This document shows positions 50,601 through 62,900 of a stretch of DNA of 64,000 nucleotides, one piece after another. The DNA lies in assembly GCF_964213995.1 (NCBI RefSeq), contig NC_135823.1, positions 68,076,001-68,140,000 of the forward strand, given 5' to 3'. Below the pieces are notes generated by a model. The model saw only the letters and a list, made by a program, of their open reading frames with translations, did not search any database and was not told the DNA's origin. This DNA comes from Mustelus asterias (Eukaryota). Position 1 is the first letter of the stretch; each line of letters opens with the position of its first letter. The position numbers were made by a program, and so were the translations under genes.

Positions 50601-52841
50601 CAGATCATCTGGTCTTGCTGCTGTCAACGGGGTTTCCCATTGAATTCACCCTTCACTGCCGGGAAACCTGCGACAGGGAGTGAGCCATCAGCTGGACCAG
50701 AACATCCCGCCGCCATGAACGGCCGGAAAGTTCCAGCCACAATTGTATTGCCTTGTGTTTGAAGGGCTTAATGTCAAGTGTGGAAACCATATTTTGCTTG
50801 ATTACAGTGATCAATTTTACCAATACCACATTTGCTGGTGTGATAGCTCAGCAAAAACTCATAAAATAATCAGGGTTGATTGTTTCCATGGAAACATAGC
50901 TTTAAATTTTCAGATGTGGTCCCCATAGTCTTGTTCTTCCTGCACTTGCCTTGTCAAAATGGCATCAAGGGGGAATTATTATGGTGGTACAAATGCAGTG
51001 ACACCAATTTATATTTGCTCTGAATTGGTGGCTGGGGGGCAATAAACTGCCACAGTCATGATTAGAGATACTTTATCTATAGGAGAGAATGCCTTATTTA
51101 TAGAAAGCTCAGAAAGCCCAGACTTTGGAAGGCAATTATCTGGATCAGCAACACGATTTGTTTTGCCTCCGTTCAACGTACAATCTCAGAAAATTGCACA
51201 TTGAAAAGCATGCTACATTTTTGTATGGGAAAAGGTGAAACAAAAAATCATCTCCCTACAAATCATCTCCTGTCTTTTAGTACATGACCAGCTAGTCACG
51301 AATATTTTATGTCAGTCACTTAATGCATTGTCAAATGGAATAGTACTGTTTATGATGAACAAACAAAGAACAAAGAAAATTACAGCACACGAACAGGCCC
51401 TTCGGCCCTCCAAGCCTGCACCGACCATGCTGCCCGACTTAACTAAGACCCCGTACCCTTCCGGGGACCATATCTCTCTATTCCCATCTCATTCATGTAC
51501 TTGTCAAGACGCCCCTTAAAAGTCACTATTGTATCCGCTTCCACTACCTCCCCCGGCAACGAGTTCCAGGCACCCACCACTCTGTAAAAAATCTGCCTCG
51601 TACATCTCTTTTAAACCTTGCCCCTCGCACCTTAAATCTATGCCCCCTAGTAATTGACTCTTCCACCCTGGGAAAAAGCTTCTGACTATCCACTCTGTCC
51701 ATGCCTCTCATAATCTTGTAGACTTCTATCAGATCGCCCCTCAACCTCCATCGCTTCAGTGAGAGCAAACCTCTCATAGCTAATGCCCTCCATACCAGGC
51801 AACATTCTGATAAATCTTTTCTGTACCCTCTCCAAAGCCACCACATCCTTCTGGTAGTGTGGCGACCAGAATTGAACACTATATTCCAAGTGCGGCCTAA
51901 CTAAGGTTCTATAAAGCTGCAACATGACTTGCTAATTTTTTTAACTCAATACCCCAGCCAATGAAGGCAAGCATGCCATATGCCTTCTTGACTACCTTCT
52001 CCACCTGCATTGCCACTTTCAGTGACCTGTGTACCTATACACCCAGATCCCTTTGCCTATCAATACTCTTAAGGGTTCTGCCATTTACTGTATATTTCCT
52101 ATCTGTATTAGACTTTCCAAAATGCATTACCTCACATTTGTCCGGATTAAACTCCATCTGCCATCTCTCCGCCCAAGTCTCCAACTGATCTATATCCTGC
52201 TGTATCCTCTGATGGTCCTCATCGCTATCCGCAAACTTACTAATCAATCCAGTTACATTTTCCTCCAAATCATTTATATATATTACAAACAGCAAAGTTC
52301 CCAGCACTGATCCCTGAGGAACACCACTTGTCACAGCCCTCCATTCAGAAACGCACCCTTCCATTGCTACCCTCTGTCTTCTTTGACCGAGCCAGTTTTG
52401 TATCCACCTTGCCAGCTCACCTCTGATCCCATGCAACTTCACCTTCTGCACCAGTCTGCCATGAGGGACCTTGTCAAAGGCCTTACTGAAGTCCATGTAG
52501 ACAACATCCACTGCCCTACCCTCATCAATCATCTTTGTCACTTCCTCGAAAAACTCGATCAAGTTCGTGAGACACGACCTCCCCTTCACAAAACCATGTT
52601 GCCTCTCACTAATACGTCCACTTATTTCCAAGTGGGAATAAATCCTGTCTCGAAGAATCCTCTCCAATAATTTCCCTCCCACTGATGTAAGGCTCACCGG
52701 CCTGTAATTACCTGGATTATTCTTGCTACCTTTCTTAAACAAGGGAACAACATTGGCTATTCTCCAATCCTCTGGGACCTCCCCTGTAAGAAGTCTAACA
52801 ACACCAGGTTAAAGTCCAACAGGTTTATTTGGTAGCAAAAG

Positions 52842-52880
52842 CCGCTAGCTTTCGGAACAGGCTGTCCCTTCGTCAGGTGG
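52842..52880 (-). ncRNA. Minimal type I hammerhead ribozyme motif
   Basis: ccac-CUGACGA-a-gggaca(gcc)uguucc-GAAA-G-CUA-gcgg; palindromic AGCU stem III; one mismatch in stem I. Confidence 0.65.
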
Positions 52881-52904
52881 GTGAGAGTTCTGATCACAAA
52901 CAGG

Positions 52905-53060
52905 GCAATTATCTATCAGTGAGTATGCTCAGTAACTCAGAGTCCTATGCTCAATGAATCACAGGGCCCTATCTCAGAATCAGATTCTCACATTTCAAAC
53001 CAAAAAGCCGAATACTAAAGATGCTGGAAATCTGAAATAAAAGCAGAAAATGTTGGAAAT
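52905..53060 (-). repeat. Inverted 156-bp copy of 49385-49540
   Basis: Manual alignment gives 155/156 identity. Confidence 0.93.
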
Positions 53061-54716
53061 CTTTACAGCTAATCAAGTCTTAAAGGTACAGACAATGTGA
53101 GTGGAGGGAGCATTAAGCACAGGTTAAAGAGATGTGTATTGTCTCCAGACAAGACAGCTAGTGAGATTGTGCCATACTTATCCTTCATCCTTACAGGAAT
53201 GTGCCGGTCCTGAATCCCTATCAACTTGCACTTGAAAGCCTCCCACATGCCAGATGTTGATTTGCCCTCAAATCTACATTCTTCAGTTCCTGTCTAATAT
53301 TGTTGTAATTAGCTTTCCCCCAATTTAGCACCTTAACTTGAGGACTACACTTATCTTTATCCATCAGTACCTTAAAGCTTACTGAATTGTGGTCACTGTT
53401 CCCGAACTGCTCCCCTACTGAAACATCGACCACCTGGCCGGGCTCATTCCCCAATACCAGTCTAGTATGGCCCCTTCCCTAGTTGGACTATCTACATACT
53501 GTTTCAGGGAGCCCTCCTGGATGCTCCTTACAAACTCTGCTCCATCCACACCCCTAGCACTAAGTGAGTCCCAGTCAATATAGGGGAAATTAAAATCTCC
53601 CACCACAACAACCCTGTTACTTTTACACCTTGCCAAAATCTGCCTACACATCTGTTCCTCAGTCTCCCGCTGGCAGTTGGGTGGCCTGTAGTAAACCCCC
53701 AACATTGTGACTACACCTTTCCTATTCCTGAGCTCTACCCACATTGCCTCGCTGTATGAGCCCTCCGAGGTGTCCTCCCGGAGTACAGCTGTGATATTCT
53801 CCTTAACCAGTAGTGCAACTCCCCCACCCCTTTTACATCCCCCTCTATCCCGCCTGAAACATCTGGAATGTTAAGCTGCCAATCCTGTCCTTCCCTTAAC
53901 TAAGTCTCTGTAATGGCAACAACATCATAGTTCCTAGTACTAATCCAAGCTCTAAGTTCATCTGCCTTACCTGTTACACTTCTCGCATTGAAACAAATGC
54001 ACTTCAGTTCACCAGACCCTCTCTGATTAGCAATCCCACCCTGCCTGCTGTTTCTCTGAGTCTTACTGGCCCTGCTCTCTCATTCCCCTTCAGCTAATTC
54101 ACCTTTGCTTTGGTTCCCACCCCCCTGCCAAACTAGTTTAAATCCTCCCGTGTGACACTAGCAAACCTCCTGGCCAGAATATTTGTGCCTTTCCAATTTA
54201 GATGCAACCCGTCCTTGTACAGGTCCCATCTGTCTGGAAGACCCAATGGTCCAGATATCTGAAACCCTCCCTCCCACACCAGCTGTTTAGCCACGTGTTG
54301 AGCTGCACTATCTTCCTATTCCTAGCCTCACAAGCACATGGCACAGGGAGTAATCCCGAGATTTCAACCCTCGAAGTCCTGCTTTTTAACTTTCTACCCT
54401 AACTCCCTAAACTGCTGCTGCAGGACCTCATCACTGTTCCTGCCCATGTCGTTAGTACCAATATGTACCACGACCTCTGGCTGTTCACCCTCTCCCTTCA
54501 GAATGCTTTCTGTCCGTTCAGAGACATCCTGGACCCTGGCACCAGGGAGGCAACAAAACATCCTGGAGTCTCTTTCACATCGACAGAAACGCCCATTTGC
54601 ACCCCTAACTATAGAGTCCCCTATAACTATTGCTCTAGTCCTCTTTGTCCTTCCCTGCTTAACAACAGAGCCAGCCATGGTACCACTGCTTTGGTTGCTG
54701 CTGCTGGTATCCCCTG

Positions 54717-55035
54717 ATAGAATCATAGAATCACAGAAACCCTACAGTGCAGAAAGAGGACATTTGGCCCATCGAGTCTGCACCGACCACAATCCCACCC
54801 AGGCCCTACCCCCACATCCCTACATATTTTACCTGCTCAGCCCTCTAATCTATGCATCTCAGGACACTATGGGGCAATTTTAGCATGGCCAATCAACCTA
54901 ACCCGCACATCTTTGGACTGTGGGAGGAAACCGGAGCACCTGGAGGAAACCCACGCAGACACGAGGAGAATGTGCAGACTACACACAGACAGTGACCCAA
55001 GGCAGGCATCGAACCTAGGCCCCTGGAGCTGTGAA
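54717..55035 (-). mobile_element. HE1-type V-SINE
   Basis: Tail atagaatcatagaatc, V core and B box. Confidence 0.88.
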
Positions 55036-55855
55036 ACAATCTCATTCAACAGTTACAAATTTAAGTACTTAGAAAGTGTGGAGGGGTGACAAGAAAGAAT
55101 CCTTTCTCAAAAATTGGTTTAAAAATTATTCAGTGGCCCATTGGATCACTTGGTTGCTTCGTTAATTAGGTTAGTCACAGTTTTGAGTGTCGATGTCCCA
55201 TGTGGCACCAAACCAAAGGGTTGTGCAACCACTGTCTCTAAGTTTTGTTCCAAAGTAAGTTTGCACATAGATTTATGCTGCAACTTTAGCATTGGGGCAA
55301 AGTGAAACTACTTTGCACAGGTATTAAACTCGCTGTGTAAATACACCTTAAGTTACAAAGAAAAACATGAATAAAATTGGGCTTGTTCTCATTGCAGTGG
55401 GAACTTGGAGATAACATGTAGGTTTCCAAAATTACAAAAAGTATTTGATGAGGATGAATAGTTTATTCTGATTTGCAATTTAACTTGAAAATTAATTTAG
55501 GAAGCCTGTTTTTATAAATAATGCTGAAAACACTTGCAAAGGACTTCCCAAACTGTGTGTCACGATCATCATTGGGGTCATGAGATGAGAATTTGAGTTC
55601 ATGATCTCCCAGGGAGCAATGACAGATCTTTGAGGCCTGATTGCTGCTACAAAAAAAGGCTGTGAAAAGGTAGCTGTTTGTCTGCAATTTAAATGCCTCC
55701 TAACATGCTCAACCTTGCTTCACCTCCACTCAGCAGATGGGGGACCATTCCAGTAAATCTTCAATGATCGCCGATGACCATGGGGGCAGGCAAGTACTGA
55801 GATGGGCTGTTTAGAAGGCAACAGTGAAGTAAAGGTGATCTATTTCCAAGTCCAC

Positions 55856-56157
55856 CAGTGGTTAGCACTGCTGCCTCACATCGCCAGGGTCCCAGGTTCA
55901 ATTCCAGCTTCCAGTGACTGTCTGTGTAGAGTCTGCATGTTCTCCTCGTGTCTACATGGGTATCCTCTGGGTGCTCCAGTTTCCTCCCACACTCCCCAAA
56001 TGTGCAGGTTAGGTTGATTGGCTATGCTAAATTGCCACTTAGTGTCAGGGGTAGGGTAAATATGTGGGGTTACAGAATATGGCCTGGCTGGGGTTGTTGT
56101 CAGTGCAGGCTCGATGGGCCAAATGGCCTCTTTCTGCACTCCAGAGATTCTATGATT
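55856..56157 (+). mobile_element. HE1-type V-SINE
   Basis: tRNA head remnant, V core and CR1-like tail. Confidence 0.85.
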
Positions 56158-56159
56158 TC

Positions 56160-56450
56160 CAAACCCACGACCTTTAATAACTAGAAGGACAAGGAAAGCA
56201 GTTGCATGCAAATACCACCACCTTCAGGTTCCCCTCCAAGCCACACACCTTCCTAAACCAATACTATATTGCCGTTCCTTCACTGTTACTGCATCCTAGA
56301 ACTCCCTCCCAAACACCACTGTACACCAACAAAAGATGATTTGCAACAGTTTAAGTAGACAGCTCATCACCACCTTCTTAAGGGCAATTAGGGATGGGCA
56401 TTAAAAAAAACGCTGGCCTAGCCAGTGATACTCACGAGTGAAAGGAATTA
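56160..56450 (+). mobile_element. L2/CR1-type LINE 3' fragment
   Basis: Ends aagggcaattagggatgggca...gctggcctagccagtga; matches 46335-46580 in reverse. Confidence 0.65.
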
Positions 56451-56481
56451 AAGTCAGGAAGGTGAATGGCTTGCAAGAGAA

Positions 56482-57125
56482 TGTTAAGACCCAGGCCAGA
56501 AACTGCAAGGTAATTCGTGAAGTTAGCTTGGATCCTAAGTTTTACATTTGATTTTAGCATGGATGAGCATAAGGCGTTTCACTCCAGGTATGATTCAAGT
56601 GACCCACTAGGAAGCTTTTATCAAACAAAGTTTATTTAACAACAGTTAGAATATAACAAAAAAAAATCAGCATAACTTTTACAAGACTTAAACATGACAC
56701 GGTATAACTCCTAACAGCTAGCTATCTCTGCTGTTCCAAGTTAAACACCATCCCATGGACATACACCCTTCTTCAGACTTAGCACAAAACTAGTATGCTG
56801 ACGTGATTCTGAATATTCAGCTTTGTAACATCTATGTGAATTGGTTCTTCGAATGTTGGATCAAATCTCTGAGGCTCCCCAGTCCTGGAACTTTCAAAAA
56901 ACCTCTGGAGAGAGAGAGACACTGCCTTCTTCGTCAGCTTCTGGCAGCAACAGAAAACAAAACTAAAACTAGAATGTTCTGTGGAAAAAAGTTGTCCTCA
57001 GTCGCATGACATAACCTGTCAATCAACCCCAATGAAGCTCCACTCAGCAATCAATTAAAACCACAGAACACTGCATTAGTTCAGATTAAAATCAACATTC
57101 CTTCAATTATCCTGCTTCAACAACA
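56482..57125 (-). mobile_element. Probable LTR remnant
   Basis: Begins TGTTAAGAC (LTR-type ...TAACA end on the - strand); similar to 40125-40232. Confidence 0.4.
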
Positions 57126-57129
57126 ATAA

Positions 57130-57684
57130 ATCTACTGATGAACCATGAAACCATTGCAGATTGTTGTAAAAACACATCTGGTTCACTAAGGTCCTTTAGG
57201 GAAGGAAATCTGCTGTCCTTACCTGGTCTGCCTCCAGACACAAGCAATGTGGTTGACCGTTAAATGGGGAAGCGATGACCAAGTGAGATTATCACTAGAC
57301 TATTAATCCAGAAACTCAGCTAATGCTCCGGGTTCAAATCCCACGGCACATGGTGGAATTTGAATTCAATAAAAAATATCTGGAATTAATCTACTGATGA
57401 CCGTGAAACCATTGACGATTGTTGGAAAAACCCATCTGATTCGCTAATGTCCTTTAGGGAAGGAAATCTGCCGTCCTTTCCTGGTCTGGCCTGTATGTGA
57501 CTCCAGAGCCACAGCAATGTGGTTGACCCTCAACTGCCCTCTGAACAAGGGAAATTAGGGATGGACATTAAAATGCTGGCCAGCCAGCAATGGCCATGTC
57601 CTACAAATGAATGAAAAAAAATGCCCTCAGAGATGGGCAATAAATGCTAGCCCAGCCACATCCCATAAACAAATAAATAAAAAA
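57130..57684 (+). mobile_element. L2-tailed SINE (57267-57618) inserted into another copy of the same family
   Basis: Core repeated twice; TSD AAATG at 57262-57266 and 57619-57623. Confidence 0.75.
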
Positions 57685-58166
57685 GGTCAAGGACAGACTG
57701 GGAATGGGACAGGAAATTAAAATGGCAAGTGACCAGAAACTCGGGATCGTGTTTCAGAGGAGGGAGGATTGAGGGATATGATGAGATGGGATAAGTTCAC
57801 CCAAGGCCAAGTAATTCCTATGCTCCTAACAAGCTGTTAAACATTCTAATTAAGTGCCATTGTTAATTTCAACACTTGATTAATCTTGTTGATTATAAAT
57901 TCTGATTGGATTATTTCAATGAAGGCTGTATATTCACACTAATTGATACCCTACATACATACTCATGTTTCACATTTTCGAATATCTGCAATATTACCAT
58001 ATATTTTCCATATCAAATCCTAGCTGTTATTTTTTACCTGTTCCTTTGAATGCTATCTCCTTTCTCCTTGTTATGTGACCACATAGCTTGGTTATCAGCA
58101 AGTGAACCCTCTTCCAATTTGTTTATGGATAGTGCAAATAGATAATCCAGAACAGGTGGACATTAA

Positions 58167-58258
58167 ATGTGGGGGTAGGGCCTGGGTGGGATTGTGGTCG
58201 GTGCAGACTCGATGGGCCGAATGGCCTCCTTCTGCACTGTGGGGTTTCTGTGATTTTC
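58167..58258 (+). mobile_element. HE1 SINE 3' fragment
   Basis: Matches 41728-41815. Confidence 0.8.
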
Positions 58259-58589
58259 TGTGAGGTTCTGGAATAATGTATTGAAGGATACATCTCACAA
58301 CTTTAACTGAAGTATATTTTATGTTCTTATGAAGCATTTTGACAATGATTACAGATTTTGAAATTCATGCAATGATTTAAAACATCAAAACTGAGGAAAT
58401 TGACATCCAATGAAAACAGAAATGATTTTACTTTAATGTTACAACACAAAGGAACTGAAGCATATTTTGTATCAGCATTAACTACATGAGAAGTTGAGAA
58501 CACTTAAAATTTATTCTCTTACAGCAATGTATTCCATTAAAATAGTGCTAAACAAACCAAAGTAATAAAAAAAGTACAGCTTCCATTTA

Positions 58590-59880
58590 CTAAAGCACTG
58601 CTTTGTCGGGTAGATGTAGGGGAACCAGCACAATACGTGGATTACTAAAAAGAATTTGATATGGTGCCGCACAAAAGGTTGCTAGACAAGGTAAGGCAAG
58701 TTGGGGTAATATCTTAGAATGGATAGAGGATTGGTTAATGGACAGGAAGCAAAAAATAGGCATAAGCACAGCATTTTCAAGTTGAATGGCTTGACTAGTG
58801 AGTGCCGCAAGCATTAGTGCTGGGACCTCAACTGTTTATAATCTTTACTAATGATGTAGCTGAAGAGGCAGAGTATGGTATAAAGTCAGTTGAAATGTAA
58901 GGTGCGCTTTTCTGTGCGTCCCTGCAGCTTATTTTGCTGAGGCAACCCGCCATTGGCCAGTGGCGGGCTCTACTGATTCCACCTCTGTCAACAGGGTTTC
59001 CCATTATATGGCATCCCCTGCCACCAGGAAACTCATGGTGGGGTTTCGCTGTCGGCAGGGCTGAGAGATCTCGCCGGCAAGCATAGCCAGCTGTGAAGAG
59101 GACACAAACAGGCTGCAAAGAGGTATAGATGAGCTAAGTGAGTAGGCAACAAGAAGATGAATGGAGAATATTATGGGTAAGTGTGAGGTTATTCACTTTG
59201 GTCGTAAGAACAGAAATACAGAATCTTTTTTGAGAGATGTGAAACTTGTAAGTATTGATGTTCAGAAAGACTTGAGTGTGCTCGTATAAGAAATGCAGGT
59301 ATAGCAAGCAAATAGAAAGTCAAATGGCATGTTGACCTTTATTGCAAGGGGATTAGAGTACAGGAATAAGGAAGTCTTGCTACAGAGCTTTGGTGAGACC
59401 ACATCTGGAACACTATCTCTCCATATCTAAGGACTGGAAGTAGCGTAGTGAAGGTTCACTAGGTTGGACCCTGTGTCTCCTATGATGAGAGGCTGAGTAA
59501 ATTGGGCCTGTATTCTCTGGAGTTTAGAAGAGTGAGAAGCAATTTCATTAGGGTTAGGGTTAACATAGAAAGAGCATGACAGGGTAGATACTCAGAAATT
59601 GTTTCCGCTGACTGGGGAATCTAAAACATGGTGACACCGTGCCAAGATAATTTAGGATTGAGATTAGGAAAATTGCTTCACTCAAAGGCTCATGAATCTT
59701 TGGAGTTCTTTGCCCCAGAGAGTTGCGGATGTTCCATCATTTGATACATTTAACACTGATAGATATTTGGTCTCTCAGGGAATCAAGGGATGTGGGGAGA
59801 AGGAGGGAAAGTCAGGTTGAAGCCTGACTACATTAAATGAGGAGCAGGGTCAACAGGCCAAATGGTTACCTCCTGTTAAT
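58590..59880 (+). mobile_element. Old, highly degenerate CR1 with an internal TIR-element remnant
   Basis: gtgccgcacaaaagg, aagtgtgaggttattcactttgg, ggtgagaccacatctgga, cttcactcaaagg. Confidence 0.75.
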
Positions 59881-59929
59881 TGAGCTTATATGGGTGTCAC
59901 TATTTCTCGATCTGAACTCCAATTGTTGT

Positions 59930-62900
59930 TGAAGGGCACAAATATCCTGGCTGGGAGCTTTGCTAATGCAATTCGGGGGGGTTTAAACTAGTGTGGCAGG
60001 GGGGTGGGGATCAAACTATTAGGTCTATAAGTGTGGTGGCTGGGGACGAGCTTGGGGCTGGGACAAGGCTGGCAAAGAAGAAGAGCACTCTGGGGGAGGA
60101 CGACCTCACTGAGCCTGGGGGTCTGGAGTGCTTATACTTCAATGCAAGGAGCGTAGCAGGTAAAACAGATGAACTTGGGGCCTTAATGCGCACGAGGAAT
60201 TTGGATGTGGTTGCGGTGACGGAGACTTGGTTGAAAGAGGGACAGGACTGGCAGCTGAATATTCCAGGGTACAAGTGTTTTAGGCGAGACAGAGGAGGGG
60301 CCAAAAGAGGTGGGGGAGTAGCGGTATTGGTTGGAGAGCATATTACAGCGGTGCAGAGGGAGGACAATTCGGAGGAGTCGTGTAGCGAGTCACTCTGGGT
60401 GGAGCTTAGAAACAGGAAAGGCGCAGTCACTATGTTGGGGGTGTACTACAGGCCCCCCAACAGCCCAAGGGAAGTGGAAGAATGGATATGTCAGGAGATA
60501 CTGGATAGGTGCAGGAAATATAGGGTTGTTGTAGTGGGAGACTTCAATTTCCCTGGTATAGACTGGAAATCGCTGAGGGCAGGGACTCTGGATGGTGAGG
60601 CATTTGTAAAATGTGTACAGGAGGGTTCGTTGGAACAATATGTGGACAGCCCAACTAGAGAGGGGGCTATACTGGACCTGGTGCTGGGGAATGAACCCGG
60701 TCAGGTCTTCAAAGTTTTGGTCGGGGAACATGTGGCAAATAGTGACCACAATTCTGTTAGCTTTAGGATAGTGATGGAAAAGGATGAGTGGTGTCCCAAG
60801 GGTAAGGTGTTGGATTGGGGGAAGGCTAACTTTATTGGGATCAGGCAGAAATTGGCAGCTCTTGATTGGGAGAGGCTGTTTGAGGGTAAATCCACATCTG
60901 GTATGTGGCAGTCTTTTAAGGAACGGTTGTTAGGGCTACAGGACAAGCATGTGCCTGTAAAAAAGAAGGATAGGAAGGGTAGGATTAGAGAACCGTGGAT
61001 AACCAGGGAAATTGAGGGACTGGTCAAAAGGAAAAGAGAGGCGTATGTTAGGTCCAAGCAGCTAAAAACGGAGGGAGCTCTGGAGGAGTATAATGAAAGT
61101 AGGAAAATACTCAAACGGGGAATTAGAAGAGCAAAAAGGGGTCACGAAATGTTCTTGGCAGACAGGATTAAGGAGAATCCCAAGGCATTTTATTCATACG
61201 TTAGGAACAAAAGGGTTGTAAGGGAAAAAATCGGACCTCTCAGGGACAAAAGTGGGGACTTATGCTTGGAGCCCAAAGAGGTAGGGGAGATCCTAAATGA
61301 ATACTTTGCGTCGGTATTCACTAAGGAGAGGGATGTGTTGACTGGGAGTGTCTCGGAGGGGAGTGTTGAACCGTTGGAGAAAATCTCCATTACAAAGGAG
61401 GAAGTGTTAGGTTTGTTAGAGAATATAAAGACTGACAAATCCCCAGGGCCTGATGGAATCTATCCAAGGCTGCTCAGGGAGACGAGAGGTGAAATAGTTG
61501 GGCCTCTGACGCAAATCTTTGTCTCGTCACTGGACACAGGTGAGGTCCCAGAGGATTGGAGGATAGCCAATGTGGTCCCGTTATTTAAGAAGGGTAGGAA
61601 GGATAACCCGGGTAATTATAGGCCGGTGAGCTTGACGTCCGTGGTGGGGAAGTTGTTGGAGAAGATTCTTAAAGATAGGATGTATGCGCATTTAGAAAGG
61701 AATAAACTCATTAACGATAGTCAACATGGTTTTGTGAGAGGGAGGTCATGCCTCACGAACCTGGTGGTGTTTTTTGAAGAAGTGACCAAAATGGTTGACG
61801 AAGGAAGGGCCGTGGATGTTGTCTATATGGACTTTAGTAAAGCGTTTGACAAAGTCCCTCATGGTAGGCTAGTGAAAAAGGTTGGATCCCATGGGATAAA
61901 GGGGGAGGTGGCTAGATGGGTGGAGAATTGGCTTGGTCATAGAAGACAGAGGGTGGTAGTGGAAGGGTCTTTTTCCGGCTGGAGGCCTGTGACTAGTGGT
62001 GTACCGCAGGGCTCTGTATTGGGACCTCTGCTGTTTGTGATTTATATAAATGATCTGGAAGAAGGAGTAACTGGGGTGATCAGTAAGTTTGCGGACGACA
62101 CAAAACTGGCAGGACTTGCAGATAGTGAGGAACATTGTCAGAGGCTACAGAAGGATATAGATAGGCTGGAAATTTGGGCAAGGAAATGGCAGATGGAGTT
62201 CAATCCTGATAAATGCGAAGTGATGCATTTTGGTGGGAATAATGTAGGGAGGAGCTACATGATAAATGGAAGAACCATAAAGGGTGTAGAGACGCAGAGG
62301 GACCTGGGTGTGCAAGTCCACAGATCTTTGAAGGTGACGTCACAGGTGGAGAAGGTGGTGAAGAAGGCATATGGCATGCTTGCCTTTATAGGACGGGGCA
62401 TAGAGTATAAAAGTTGGGGTCTGATGTTGCAGATGTATAGAACGTTGGTTCGGCCGCATTTGGAATACTGCGTCCAGTTCTGGTCGCCACACTACCAGAA
62501 GGACGTGGAGGCTTTGGAGAGAGTACAGAGGAGGTTTACCAGGATGTTGCCTGGTATGGAGGGGCTTGGTTATGAGGAGAGAATGGGGAAACTGGGGTTG
62601 TTCTCCTTGGAAAGACGGAGGATGAGGGGAGACTTAATAGAGGTGTATAAAATTATGAAAGGCATAGATAGGGTGAACGGTGGGAAGCTTTTCCCCGGGT
62701 CGGTGGTGACGTTCACGAGGGGTCATAGGTTCAAGGTGAAGGGGGGGAGGTTTAACACAGATATCAGAAGGACATATTTCACACAGAGGGTCGTGGGGGC
62801 CTGGAATGTGTTGCCGGGCAAGGTGGTGGAGGCGGACACACTGGGAACGTTTAAGACTTATCTAGACAGCTATATGAACGGAGTGGGAATGGAGGGATAC

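Larger units (their letters stand above)
52786..53172 (-). mobile_element. Penelope-like terminal fragment (second family), with a foreign patch at 52905-53060
   Basis: Reverse complement has a hammerhead core followed by AATAAACCTGTTGGACTTTAACCTGGTGTTG; family call rests on the hammerhead and recalled similarity. Confidence 0.65.
51357..54716 (-). mobile_element. CR1 LINE with partial ORF1 (SGNH esterase) and decayed ORF2; internal deletion filled by a Penelope fragment
   Basis: ORF1 VIGDSIVRG...CLPGARV...VVHIGTND; ORF2 CFNARS, GDFNFP, SDHN and RT motifs; same subfamily as 4614-6262. Confidence 0.93.

Noticed and set aside
60011-62135. Antisense ORFs over CR1 ORF2
   Set aside because: Expected shadow frames of an intact coding sequence.
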